DNA of 64,000 bases from Squalus acanthias (taxonomy: Eukaryota). A program made the translations under genes and the position numbers. The notes under the pieces were generated by a model. That model saw only the letters and a list, made by a program, of their open reading frames with translations, was not told the origin of the DNA and ran no database searches. Numbering within the stretch: the first letter of the stretch is position 1; every line of letters begins with the position of its first letter. Below are positions 12,293 through 24,599 of the stretch, one piece after another. The stretch is from the NCBI GenBank assembly GCA_030390025.1, contig JASTWF010000333.1, positions 62,001 to 126,000 of the forward strand, written 5' to 3'.

Positions 12293-13953
12293 AACATAGG
12301 AACATAGGAACAGAAGTAGGCCATTGAGCCCCTCGAGCCTGTTCCACCATTCAATGAGATCATGGCTGATCTGTGAGCTAACTCCAGATACCCACTTTTG
12401 GCCCATATCCCTTAATACCTTTAGTTAACAAAAAGCTATCAATCTCAGATTTAAAATTAACAATTGATCTAGCATCAATTGCCGTTTGCGGAACAGAGTT
12501 CCAAACTTCTACCATCCTTTATGTGTAGAAGTGTATCCTAATTCCATGGTTTTGTATAACTGCAGCATAACTTCTACCCACTTGTATTCTAGTCCTCTAG
12601 TAGAAGGCCAGCATTCCATTAGCCTTTTTGATTATTTTCTGTACCTGTTCATGACATTTTAATGATCTATGTACCTGGACCCCCAAGTATCTTTGGACCT
12701 CCACTAGTTTTAGCTTTTCACCATTTAGAAAGTACCCTGTTCTATCCTTTTTAGATCCAAAGTGGATGACCTCACATTTGCCTACATTGAAATCTATTTG
12801 CCACAGTTTTGCTTAATCTATCAATACCTCTTTGTAACTTTATGCTTTCATCTACACTGCCTACTATGCCACCTATCTTTGTGTCATCAGCAAACTAGGA
12901 TATGTGACTTTCTATGCCATTATCTAAGTCATTAATAAATACTGTGAATAGTTGAGGCCCCAAAACAGATCTCTGTGGATTATCACAAGTCACATCCTGT
13001 CAATTTGAGTACCTGTCCATTATCCCCAGTCTCTGTTTCCTTCCGCTCAGCCAATTTCCTAACCAGGTCAATAATTTGTCTTCAATTCCTTAGTTAACAG
13101 TCTCTTATGAGGGACTTTATCAAATATCTTCTGGAAGTCCATATAAATAACATCCATAGACATTCCCCTGTCCACTACTTTAGTCACCTCTTTAGAAAAT
13201 TTAATCAGGTTTGTCAGGCATGACCTACCTTTCATAAATCAATGTTGGCTCTCTCTGATCGGCTGAAAATTTTCGAGGTGTTCAGTCACCCTATCCTTAA
13301 TTATAAACTCGAATAATTTCCCAACAACAGATGTTGGGCCAACTGGTCTATAATTGCAGGGTTTCCCACTCTCACCATTCTTAAATAGCGGGGTGACATG
13401 TGCAATTTTCCAATCCAAAGGAAAGGTTCCTGAATCGAGAGAACTCTGGAAAATGATAGTTAGGACATCTGCAATGTGTTCACCTATTTCCTTTAAAACC
13501 CTGAGATGGAAACCATCTGGTCCTGGGGATTTGTCACTCTTTAGTGCCATTATTTTCTTCATTACTGTTATTTTGCTTAAGTTAATTTTATTGAGTCCCT
13601 GTCCCTGATTCAATATTAGTTTCCTTAGGATTTCCAGCATGCTGACCGAGGAAAATAGAATATGAGAGTAAACTAGTGAGAGACATAATAACAGACTGTA
13701 AAAGCTTCTATAGGTATGTAAAAAGGAAAAGATTAGCAAAAGTAAATGATGTACGCCATCAGGTCCAGGGGATTTATTGGCTTTCAGTCCCATTAATTGC
13801 TCCAGTATTATTTTTTTTTACAAATACTCATTTCTTTCAATTCCTCATTCTCGCTAGACCCTTGGTTGTCCGCTATTTCCACTATTACAGGCTAAGACAG
13901 GAGAAATTATAATGGGGAATAAGGAACTGGCAGAGAAATTAAACAAATACTTT

Positions 13954-14842
13954 GGGGGAGAAATTCAGTATCGCCCCATTTGGGGCGCAATTATCGACCG
14001 GGCGCAAAGATTAGTGCCTGGTGCTAATTATCGCCACCGACTGCAAACTTGACTTTTATCGCCCCTGGAGGTGATTGGAGCGCTAAATCAGGCGCTTCAC
14101 ACCTGTCTTAAGGTGCAAAGGCCGAGGAGCGAGGCGCTACCTCAGAGCGCTGGCGAAGCTCATGTAATGTCAGTCAGCAATGGAACACACACACAATGGC
14201 ACGGGCCAGTTCTTAAAGGGGATAGTTAATCTTGCTTTCCATCCACATCCTGCTCATTGCAGCCTTGAATCTCGGCCTGGAGAGACCTGCACATCAAATC
14301 TGCTGGAAAGAACAATGGAGAGTACCAGGCAAAGAGCTCAGAGTGCAGCCCCCACAGTCTCTTCTAAATCGATACAAGGAATGGCAAATCAAAATGAACC
14401 TGCAAAGTGCTGCTCAGTACCCAAAACTCCTTCACACAACGTTGAATCTCTCCAGAAGTCTCTCTCTCTCTCAGAATGCGTAGTTCAAAAATGGCACCAA
14501 CAATAAAAGGCAGGAAGCGGTCACCTTTAAATAGCGCTCCCCCTTTCCCTTCATGACTGCAGAACGCTCCCCTCAACCTGTCGTTGCTAGCGTCAAGCAG
14601 TAAGGCAGGAGGCGCCACTCAATATCCGCTCCGGGGCGATACCGGGGCATTGCGCACTCGACTGACGTCACGATCTGCCAGCGCAGGAGATCGTGGCGGT
14701 AGTGTTTAGCGCCGCCGCAAAATGTCTAGTTAATTTCGCGAGCGGTGCAAACTTTGCCGTGCCTGGACGCTAGATGCTTTGTGCCCCATTAGCGCCCTCT
14801 TAAGACGCTAACGGGAGGCGCAACCAACTAAATTTTTCCCCC
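13954..14842. mobile_element. Harbinger-derived MITE, family M1 (889 bp)
   Basis: TIRs GGGGGAGAAATT / AATTTTTCCCCC, TSD TTT; homologous to 29220-30043 and 41418-~41975. Confidence 0.9.
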
Positions 14843-15218
14843 TTTGTGTCTGTCTTCACGCAAGAAGATGCAAAAAACTTCCCGGAAATAATGCACAACC
14901 AAGGGTCTAGCGAGAATGAGGAACTGAAAGAAATGAGTATTTGTAAAAAAATAATACTGGAGCAATTAATGGAACTGAAAGCCTTTAAATCCCCTGGACC
15001 TGATGGCCTACATCCTAGGGTTTTGAAAGAGGTGGCTATAGAGATAGTGGATGCATTGGTTGTCATTTTCCAAAATTCCATAGATTCTAGAACGGTTACC
15101 GAGGATTGGAAGGTAGTAAATGTAACCCCACTATTTAAGAAAGGAGGGAGAGAGAGAACAGGGAACTACAGACCAGTTAGCCTGACATCAGTAGTAGGGA
15201 AAATGCTAGAATCTATTA

Positions 15219-18200
15219 TTTTTTTTTCTTCGTTTATGGGATCAGGGCGTCGCTGGCAAGGCCAGCATTTATTGCCCATCCCTAGTTGCCCTTGAGAAGG
15301 TGATGGTGAGCCGCCTTCTTGAACCGCTGCAGTCCATGTGGTGAAGGTGCTCCCACAGTGCTATTAGGTAGGGAGTTCCAGGATTTTGACCCAGCGACGA
15401 TGAAGGATCGGCAATATACTTCTAAGTCAGGATGGTGTGTGACTTGGAGGGGAACTTGGAGGTGGTGGTGTTCCCATGCGCCTGCTGCCCTTGTCCTTCT
15501 AGGTGGAAGAGGTCGCGGGTTTGGGAGGTGCTGCCAAATAAGCCTTGGCGAGTTGCTGCAGTGCATCTTGTAGATGGTACACACTGCAGCCACTGTGAGC
15601 CGATGGTGGAGGGAGTGAATGTTTAAGGTGGTGGATGGGGAGCCAATCAAGCAGGCTGCTTTGTCCTGGATGGTGTCGAGCTTCTTGAGTGCTGTTGCAG
15701 CTGCACTCATCCAAGCAAGTGGAGAGTATTTCATCACACTCCTTACTTGTGCCTTGTAGATGGTGGAAAGGCTTTGGGGAGTCAGGAGGTGAGACACTCG
15801 CCACAGAATACCTAGCCTCTGACCTGCTCTTGTTGCCACGGTATTTATGTGGCTGGTCCAGTTAAGTTTCTGGTCAATGGTGACCCCCAGGATGTTGATG
15901 GTGGGGATATCACCGATGGTAATGCCGTTGAATGTCATGCGGAGGTGGTTAGACTTTCGCTTGTTGGAGATAATCATTGCCTGCCACTTCTGTGGCGCGA
16001 ATGTTACCTGCCACTTATCAGCCCAAGCCTGAATGTCGTCCAGGTCTTGTTGCATGCGGGCATGGACTGCTTCATTATCTGAGGAGCTGCGAATGGCACT
16101 GAACATTGTGCAGTCATCAGCGAACATCCCCACTTTTGACCTTATGTTGGAGGGAAGGTCGTTGATGAAGCAGCTGAAGATGGTTGGGCCTAGGACACTG
16201 CCCTGAGGAACTCCTGCAGCAATGTTCTGGGGCTGTGATGATTGACCTTCAACCACCACAACCATCTTCCTTTGTGCCAGGTATGACTCCAGCCAGTGGA
16301 ACGTTTTCCACCCGATTCCCATTTACTTCAGTTTTACTAGGGCTCCTTGATGCCACACTCGGTCAAATGCTGCTTTGATGTCAAGGGCTGTCACTCTCAC
16401 CTCACCTCTGGAATTCAGCTCCTTTGTCCATGTTTGGACCAAGGCTGTAATGAGGTTGGGAGCCGAGTGGTCTTGGCGGAACCCAAACTGGGCATCAGTG
16501 AGCAGGTTATTAGTGAGTAAGTGCCGCTTGATAGCACTGTTGATGACACCTTCCATCACTTTGCTGATGATTGAGAGTAGACTGATGGGGCGGTAATTGG
16601 CCGGATTGGATTTGTCCTGCTTTTTGTGGACAGGACATACCTGGACAGTTTTCCACATTGTCGGATAGATGCCAGTGTTGTAGCTGTACTGGAACAGCTT
16701 GGCTAGAGGCGCAGCTAGTTCTGGAGCACAAATCTTCAGCAAGATAGCCGGGATGTTGTCGGGGCCCATAGCCTTTGCTGTATCCAGTGCGCTCAGCCGT
16801 TTCTTGATATCACATGGAGTGAATCAAATTGGTTGAAGACTGGCTTCTGTGATAGTGGGGACCTCGGGAGTAGGCCAATATGGATCATCCACTTGGCACT
16901 TCTGACTGATTTTGGTTGCAAACGCTTTAGCCTTGTTTTTTGCACTCACGTGCTGGGCTCCACCATCATTGAGGATGGGGATATTCATGGAGACTCCTCC
17001 TCCCGTTAGTTGTTTAATGGTCCACCACCATTCAAGACTGGATGTAGCAGGACTACAGAGCCCTGTCTATAGCATGCTGCTTCCGTTTTTTAGCATGCAT
17101 GTAGTCCTGTGTTGCAGCTTCCCCAGGTTGGCACCTCATTTTTACATACGCCTGGTGCTGCTCCCGGCATGCTCCTCTACACTCCTTATTGAACCAGGGT
17201 TGGTCCCCTGGCTTGATGGTAATGGTAGAGTGAAGGATATGCTGGGCCATGAGGTTACAGATTGTGGTGGAATACAATTCTGCTGCTGCTGATGGCCCAC
17301 AGCGCCTCATGGATGCCCAGTTTTGAGCTGCTAGATCTGTTCTGAATCTATCCCATTGAGCACAGTGGTAGTGCCACCCAACACGATGGAGGGTGTCCTC
17401 AGTGTGAAGACGGGACTACGTCTCCACAATGGCTGTGCAGTGGTCACTGCTATCAATGCTGTCATGGACAGATGCATCTGCGACAGGTAGATTGATGAGG
17501 ATGAGGTCAAGTAGGTTTTTCCATCATGTTGGTTCTCTCACCACCTGTCGCAGGCCCAGACTGGCAGTTCTGTCCTTCAGGACTAGGCCAGTTCGGTCAG
17601 CAGTGGTGCTACCGAGCCACTCTTGGTGATGGACATTGAAGTCCCCCACCCAGAGTACATTCTGTGCCCTTGCTACTCTCAGTGCTTCTTCCAAGTGGTG
17701 TTCAACATGGTGGAGTACTGATTCATCAGCTGAGGGAGGGCGGTAGGTGCTAATCAGGAGGAGGTTTCCTTGCCCATGCTTGACCTGAAGCCATGAGAGT
17801 TCATGGGGTCCAGAGTCAATGTTGAGGACTCCCAGGGCCACTCCTTCCTGACTGTATAGCACTGTGCCACCACCCCTGGTGGGTCTGTCCTGCCAGTGGG
17901 ACAGGACATACCCAGGGATGGTGATGGAGGAGTCTGGGACATTGGCTGAAAGGTATGATTCTGTGAGTATGACTATCTCAGGCTGTTGCTTGACTAGTCT
18001 GTGGGACAGCTCTCCCAATTTTGGCACAAGTCCCCAGATGTTGGTGAGGAGGACTTTGCAGGGTCGACTGGGCTGGGTGTGCTGTTGCCGTGTCCATAGC
18101 CGGGGCCGAGGTCGATGCCAGGTGGTCCGTCCGCTTTCATTCTTATTATGTTTTGTAGCGGTTAGTTACAACTGAGATGACTTTGACTTGCTAGGCCATT

Positions 18201-18460
18201 TCAGAGGGCAGTTAAGAGTTAACCACATTGCTGTGGGTCTGGAGTCACATATAGTCCAGACCAGGTAAGGACGGCAGATTTCCTTCCCTATGACAATTCG
18301 ATAGTTTCTTGGTCACCATTACTGATACTAGCTTTTTATTCCAGATTTATTTAATTAACTGAATTTAAATTCCCCAGCTGCTGTGGTGGGATTTGAACTC
18401 ATGTCTCTGGATCATTAGTCTAGGTCTCTGAATTACTAACCCAGCAACATTACCACTACC
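15219..18460 (-). mobile_element. Near full-length single-ORF CR1/L2-group LINE (family B; APE + RT) with tRNA-like 5' head
   Basis: APE KVLLTNIWGLVPKLGEL...IVILTES...VGDFNVHH; RT NYRPISLLS, ALDIKAAFDRVWH, GVPQGSVLGP, FADD; 3' AATAAA and A-tail at ~15219-15227; a few stops. Confidence 0.92.
18388..18460 (-). promoter_or_regulatory. tRNA-derived internal Pol III promoter-like head (partial A box, B box)
   Basis: Minus strand GGTAGTGGTAATG (18460-18448) and GAGTTCAAATCCC (18400-18388), matching the B-box consensus GTTCRANNC. Confidence 0.75.
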
Positions 18461-20629
18461 ATAAGGACGTGGTAACAGGGCACTTATAAAATAATAAGAG
18501 GATTGGGCAGAGTCAACACGGATATATGAAAGGGAAATCTGTTAAAGTTTTTTGAGGTTGTAGCTAGCAGAATAGATAAGGGGGAACCAGGGGATGTGGT
18601 GTATTTGGATTTTCAGAAGGCATTCGATAAGGTGCCACACAAGAGGTTATTAAACAAAATTAGGACTCATGGGATTGGGGGTAATATACTAGCATGGATT
18701 GAGGATTGGTTAACACACAGAAAACAGAGTAGGAATAAACGGGTCATTTTCGAGTTGGCAGGCTGTAAATAGTGGGGTACCGCAAGGATCAGTGCTAGTG
18801 CCTCAGCTATTCACAATCTACACCAATGATTTGGATGAGGGGACCAAATGTAATATATCCAGGTTTACTGATGCAAGGAGGCTACAAGGGGATATAGACA
18901 GGCTAAGTGAGTGGGCAAGAACATGGCAAATGGAATATAATGGTAGGAAAAATAGAAAAGCAGAGTATTTTTTAAATGGTGAGAGATTGGGAAAAGTTGG
19001 TGTTCAGAGGTACCTGGATGTCCTTGTGCACGAATCACTAAAAGTTAACATGCAGGTACAGCAAGCAATTAGGAAAGCAAATGATATGTTGGCCTTTATT
19101 ACAAGAGGATTTGAGTAATGAGTAAAGACGTCTTACTGCAATAATATAGGGCCCTGGTGAGACCACGCCTGGAGTATTGTGTACAGTTTTGGTCTCCTTA
19201 ACTAAGGAAGGATATACTTGCCATAGAGGGAGTGCAACGAAGGTTCTCCAGACTGGTTCCTGGGATGGGGGGATTGTCCTATGAGGACGGATTGAGTTGA
19301 CTAGCCCTATATTCTCTAGAGTTTAGAAGAATGAGAGGTGATTGCATTGAAGCATACAAAATTCTTACAGGGCTTGACAGGGTAGATGCAGGGAGGATGT
19401 TTCCCCTGGCTGGGGAGTCTAGAACTAGGGGTCACAGTCTCAGAATAAGGGGTCGGCCATTTAGGACTGAGATGAGGAGAAATTTCTTCACTCAGAGGGT
19501 GGTGAATCTTTAGAATTCTCTACCCCAGAGGGCTGTGGAGGCTCAGTCGTTGAGTATATTCAAGACAGAGATCGATGGATTTTTGAATATTAAGGGATTT
19601 AAGGGATATGGGGATAGTGCAGGAAAGTGGAGCTGAAGTAGAAGATCAGCCTTGATCTTATTGAATGGCGGAACAGGCTTGAAGGACCAAATGGTCTACT
19701 CCTGCTCCTATTTCTTATGTTCTCTTCCTCTAATGTAAATACAGACGCAAAATAACTATTCAACATGTCCGCCATTTCCTTATTGTCATTGACAATATTA
19801 CCGTTATCAGTTTTCAAGGGGCCAACATTGCTCCTGACCACCCTCTTTTTCCTTATATAATTGTAAGAAATCTTTGTGTTGATTTTGAGATCCCTTGCAA
19901 GTTTCTTTTCATACTCCCTTTTTGTAGCTCTTACTGACTTTTTTGTGACCCTTTGCTGTTCTTTGTATCTTTCCCATTTGCCAAGATCATTGCTATTTTT
20001 TGCATTTTTGTATGCTTTTTCTTTTAGTTTTATGTTGTCTCTTACCTCTTTAGTCATCCATGACTGTTTTTTTGACAAGTAGAGCTCTTGCCCCTAAGGA
20101 TTATAATCTGGTGCTGTATCACATTAAATTCTTTTTAGAATATCTCCCACTGATCTTCTGTCATTTACCCATTAACAGATTTGCCCAGTTTACTGTGGAC
20201 AGTCTCTGTCTCATCGCATTGAAGTCAGCCTTACCTAAATCTAGAATCTTAGTAGCTGTTTCATGTTTCTCCCTTTCAAACACTACTTTGAACTCAATCA
20301 TGTTAAGATCGCTATTAGATCAATGTTCACGCACAGTTAGGCTGTTAACTAAATCTGGCTCATTATATGATGACACCAAGCATTGATGCTTTGCTTTTTT
20401 ATTCCCAGCTGTCAGCACACTTTTAGCTGTGTTTTCATTACTGATGGTGCATTCCTTTGCTAGTTATTTGCCATTTACCTCAATAAGTTCTGTAATATAA
20501 CTGAAAGGGCTGGATTTTCCTCCACTATCCCAACCCCAAATCAGGCAGAATAGTGTCAGAATTGACAGTAAAGTGGAGAGGTGAAGCCTACTAGCACCTC
20601 CACACCCTGATCTCGATTTTCCTCCTTTC

Positions 20630-20828
20630 TGCCCCCAGAAAGGATATATTGGCCTTAAAAGGAGTACAGCGCAGATTCACCAGAATGTTTTGAAGGCTCT
20701 AAGGGTTAACTTATGAGAAGAGATTACATAAACTAGGCTTGTATTCACTAGAATATAGAAGGTAAAGGGTTGATCTGATTGAGGGTTTTAGCATTTTGAA
20801 AGGAATTGTTAGGGTAGATAGAGAGAAA
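20630..20828 (+). mobile_element. CR1 fragment, inverted continuation of the CR1 ending at 11002
   Basis: Reverse complement tttctctctatctaccct... follows ...ccagcagaaaaagatt (11002), matching the contiguous sequence in the CR1 at ~24918-24950. Confidence 0.8.
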
Positions 20829-23800
20829 GGAGGAGAAATTGGGTTCTGTAGTGCCCGTTTTTAGGCGCTAATCAGCCTCCTAAAGGTCGAGAATTGGGTC
20901 CTACATTGGTGTGCACACTTTCGACGGGAAGTGCGCTGGACAGTAGTTTGCGTGTGCACACACCACTGGCAGCATGCAGAGCAGGTAGATTGTGACGTCA
21001 ATCAGTGCACAACGCTGATTTGACACCAGCAGTACCATTTTTGAACACCACGCTCCAGCCTACGCCCACTCTTAACCTCCCACAGCTAAACACGCATTCA
21101 ATGGCATGAAGGACCCCCCACCTGCACTGCTTAAAGGGATGATGAACTACTTACAGATTAGTTGCTGGTTTATTTCTCCTGGCTGCTGGTACAATTCTAC
21201 ATGTTTTTGGAGCTTTCTTATACTTGTCTGAAGTTTCAATACTCTACAGGGAGTGGTGTGGCTGGTGCTCAAGTACTTTTTTGGTGGTTTAAAAACTTGT
21301 GCTGAAACAAATTACTTCCAGACGTGGGTGGCCTGGTAGGCCTTCCTCTTGGAATTGAGCATGACTGGAAAAATGAAGAGAGGCCACGCAGAGCAGGACA
21401 AGGGAGGAGGAGGAGAAGGGCTCTCAGCAGGAGGCCATATCCGCCCAGGGTCTTCAGGAAGCAATTCTCTTAACTAAACTACAGTGAGGAACAGTGCATG
21501 AGGTGTTTTCGCTTCAATAACGAGGTTGTGGCTGAAATCTGCCAACTGCTGCAGCCACAACTGGAACCTCAAAGCAGGGCAAGGACCGCATTGCCTGTGG
21601 CTGTCAAGGGGACCATGTCTCTTAACGTTAATGCGTCTGGCTCCATCCAGGCTGCTGCTGAAGATATAAGCAACATCTTGCAGTTTGCAGTATACTGCTG
21701 CATAAGGGAGGTCACTGAGACTCTCTATACACAGCGAGACAGCTTCATCTCATTCCCTCTTGCCAGAGACAAGCAGGTGGAGCGAGCATGAGTGTTTGTT
21801 GGATTGCAGGCTTCCCCATGGTGCAGGGTGCCATTGACTGCATGTACATTGCTTTGCGTGTGCCTCATGTGAACTCGGCCATTTTCATGAACCAAAAGGG
21901 ATTCCACTCCCTCAATGTGCAGCTGGCATGCGACCACAGGCAGCACATCATGCAGGTGAATGCCCGTTATCTTGGCAGTAGTCATGATTCCTTCATTCTG
22001 CAGCAGTCTTCTATGCCACATGTATTAGACCCACCACGGCAAGTCAAAGGCTGGTACTGGGCAACAAGGTTTATCTACCATAACTCTGGTCTGGGACATT
22101 ATAGAGCACACCATCGGCATCCTCAAGCAACGCTTCTGCTGCCTGGACCACTCTGGAGGAGCCCTACAGTACTTAGCTGAGCAGGTATGCTGCATGCTAC
22201 ACAACTTGGTCATTATGAGGGAACAACCCTTGCCACCACTTATCAGGAGAGAAGCTGCAGAGCAGGAGCACGAGGAAGAGGAGGAGGAGGAAGTGGAGAA
22301 GGAGCAAGTGCAACAGGAAGTGGAGGAACATGAAGAGGAAGGGAGAATACAACGTAGACAGCCCCTTTCTGCCCAGGGTCTATGTGATTAAATATTTCAT
22401 GAGCGGTACTAGTAACCTCAAATACACCTCCCCATTCACCAACAGTCCCACACTCCACACCTTTCCTCTATGACTGACCATGACATCGTAGTCTTTCCAA
22501 CAACACAAAAATAAAAGCCACCAGAAAATGTACATTCCAATCCAAATTTATAAATTAAATCATGACATAATGCATACAAAAATAAACTAATCACCCTTGT
22601 GCATTTCCTTAGTGCCTCTTTCCTGTGCCTTTGCCTCTCCTAGTGCTCCTTCGAGGTGCTTCCCCAATGTCTGCAGCATGGCTGACCTTGAATTGAGAAG
22701 ACTGCAGATGGCCTTGGAGGGCAACCTCGAGCAACTCTGGACCTAAAAGGCCCGGCTTCAGACTGTATCATCTCAGCCTGGGGTGCAGCAGTCTGGGCTG
22801 GCTGGCTGACAGGCAATAGCAAAGGCACTGGTAGAGATGCAGGAGTGGGAGTACAAATGCAGTCATCCGGAGAGAGGACAGCAGGTTTGTGCTCCATAGT
22901 GCCACTGCCACACTCCCGGGGCGGTGCCTCAACAATACTAGTAACCTGTTGGAGAACAGATTGATGGACTGCTGTGATGCCCTGGAAAACCCCTTTGAAC
23001 ACTGGTATCCAGAGCCATGATGGCAGCAGTCTGAGCTTCCATGCAGCCCTCAGACCTTTGGTAGAAGCTGCTTGTGCTGCAGTGGACGCTGTGACATCGG
23101 CTTCAGATGCTGCATCATGCTGGGTTCCACAGGTGTGCTGATGGAGCTGACCACCTGTTCCATGTTGGAAAGGATGGGGTCCAAGCTCTGCACAAAGCCC
23201 TGTGCCAAGTTGGTGCTGGACTCCTCCATGCTCCTTGACATTGAGTGCAGGCTTTCTGGCAGGCTTTCCAGTGCACCAAGCATTTGGGTGTGTACACCCA
23301 TCAGCCTTCTTCTATAGCTTGGCCCATCGATGATGTCCTCATCTGACTCCTCTGCAGCAGAACTAGTGTGTGACCTCGCCCTCCGGTGAGCTGGCACCTG
23401 CGCTATCCTTTCCTCCTGCCCTGGCTCCTGCCATCTTGTGCCCAGTGTCTCACCATGTCCAGGGCACTCCTCTATCCTAGCCTTTAAAATACTGGCAGTT
23501 CAGTATCTGAGCTGGTAAGATTGAGTGAAGGTGTCTCTTCATCTTCACTGTCTTCTTCCTGTTCCTCCACTGACTGGGCAGGTTCCAGTTCTTGGATATC
23601 TGAAATGAAAAAGGGACAAGGATTGGGTTGTGGTGAGGGGAGAGGAGAAAGTAAGAAGTGTGTGCTTACACCATCGGAAGCTTCTAAGTCAGAAGAGATT
23701 GAGGAATGAGGGAGAAGTGGGATGAGAGGAGGAGGATTAGGTATGCGGATACTCTCATCATCAATTGCTTCAGCGCTGCCAGTGGCCATTCCCATGATGG

Positions 23801-23832
23801 CCAGTACTGTCTCCTCCATTGGTGTAAAACAT
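20829..23832. mobile_element. Harbinger A, right part (TIR, transposase on +, Myb exons 2b-3 on -), inverted relative to its left part
   Basis: TIR GGAGGAGAAATTGG at 20829; convergent genes; minus-strand MEETVLAIMG... and ...RRRLMGVHTQMLGALESLPESL. Confidence 0.85.
21324..22412 (+). pseudogene. Harbinger (HARBI1-like) DDE transposase pseudogene
   Basis: RPYPPRVFR, GFPMVQGAIDCMYI, NQKGFHSLNVQLACD, ARYLGSSHDSFIL, CCMLHNL and an acidic tail; stops and frameshifts present. Confidence 0.9.
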
Positions 23833-23835
23833 GCA

Positions 23836-24598
23836 GGCCGGGAAATTGAACCTGTTTGCGCCGGCCATTAAGGCCGGTTTGGAAGAAAAAATAGCGGCCG
23901 CCTCGCTTCCTCCCACTTCCGGCGCAGAATGCAGCGGCCGCCATTTTGGGCAGGCCGGCAGCGCTGCCGTTGCCTGCACTCGCTCCAGATATTTAGATGA
24001 GCCAGGTTGTGATGTCAATTGGTGTGCAACGCTGCATTGACGCACGACCTGGTATTTTGGACATCACCCCTCCTTTTAACGGCCTCTCCAAAGCACGCAT
24101 GGCAGAACGTGCATGCAGCAGTATGACAGACCCCCTACCAGCGCTTCTTAAAGGGACACAAGCAACTTTCAGGTAAGTTTAGATTTTTGTTTTTGGACTG
24201 GTTTCTTTACATTTTATTGGTGTAGTGGCTTGGTGCAATACAATTAAAAAGTTGTTAAATTGTGAAGGGAGTGCAGGGAGTGCTGCTGGATGTTTGCAAG
24301 GCTTTAGCTCTTAAAGGAAGGTCTCTGAGAACACCAATTGCTCCCAGTCCTGGGGGTTCTAGTTTCAGTCCAGCTTGGGCTGCAGCATGACAGGGAGATG
24401 GAGCAGAGGCAGCAAAGGGGACAAGCTGCTCGCAGAGGGAGGAGGAAGAGGAGGAGAAGGAAGAGGAAGAAGCAGAAGAGGAGAAAGCAGAAGAGGAGGA
24501 AGCGGAAGGAAGGATGCAACCCAAACAGCCCCTTTCTGGCCGGGATATCCGAGATCCAATCATTCACCTGCGGTACCAGTGAACACAACTCTAATTAG
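23836..24598 (+). mobile_element. Harbinger B (inserted into Harbinger A Myb exon 2); internally deleted transposase; other TIR at 11892
   Basis: TIR GGCCGGGAAATTG at 23836 vs GGCCTAGAAATTG at 11892; TSD TGC; transposase N-terminus (VQLGLQHDREME...RGRR) abuts the C-terminus (QPLSGRDIRDPIIHLRYQ*). Confidence 0.8.
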
Positions 24599-24599
24599 A

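Larger units (their letters stand above)
13645..19722 (+). mobile_element. Nested CR1 LINE (pieces ~13645-13953, 14843-15218, 18461-19722)
   Basis: NKYF|VSVFT is split by a MITE and MLESII|KDVVTGHL is split by a LINE; 3' tail ctcctatttcttatgttct at ~19705-19722. Confidence 0.85.
12293..20365 (-). mobile_element. CR1 LINE (pieces 12293-~13644 and ~19723-20365) hosting a nested + strand CR1
   Basis: 3' tail (acatagga)n at 12293; KSDKSPGPDGFHLRVLKE...NYRPV; YFASVFTLEE at ~19725-19755 rejoins SMLEILRK at ~13640. Confidence 0.85.

Noticed and set aside
18388..18460. Functional tRNA gene
   Set aside because: The 5' acceptor stem is truncated, no full cloverleaf is evident, and it is continuous with a retroelement.
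20405..20500. VSTLLAVFS resembling the end of the preceding GLUT9 exon
   Set aside because: No donor after it and no upstream similarity; it also lies inside the inferred inversion.
20507..20625. TIR-like end as partner of the 4122 end
   Set aside because: Similarity is weak (GGGCTGGATTTTC vs GGGCAAATTTTC) and the implied TSDs differ (TTT vs TAA).
21324..22412. Host HARBI1 gene
   Set aside because: Disrupted by stops and frameshifts, bounded by a TIR and paired with a Myb gene, so it is a transposon copy.
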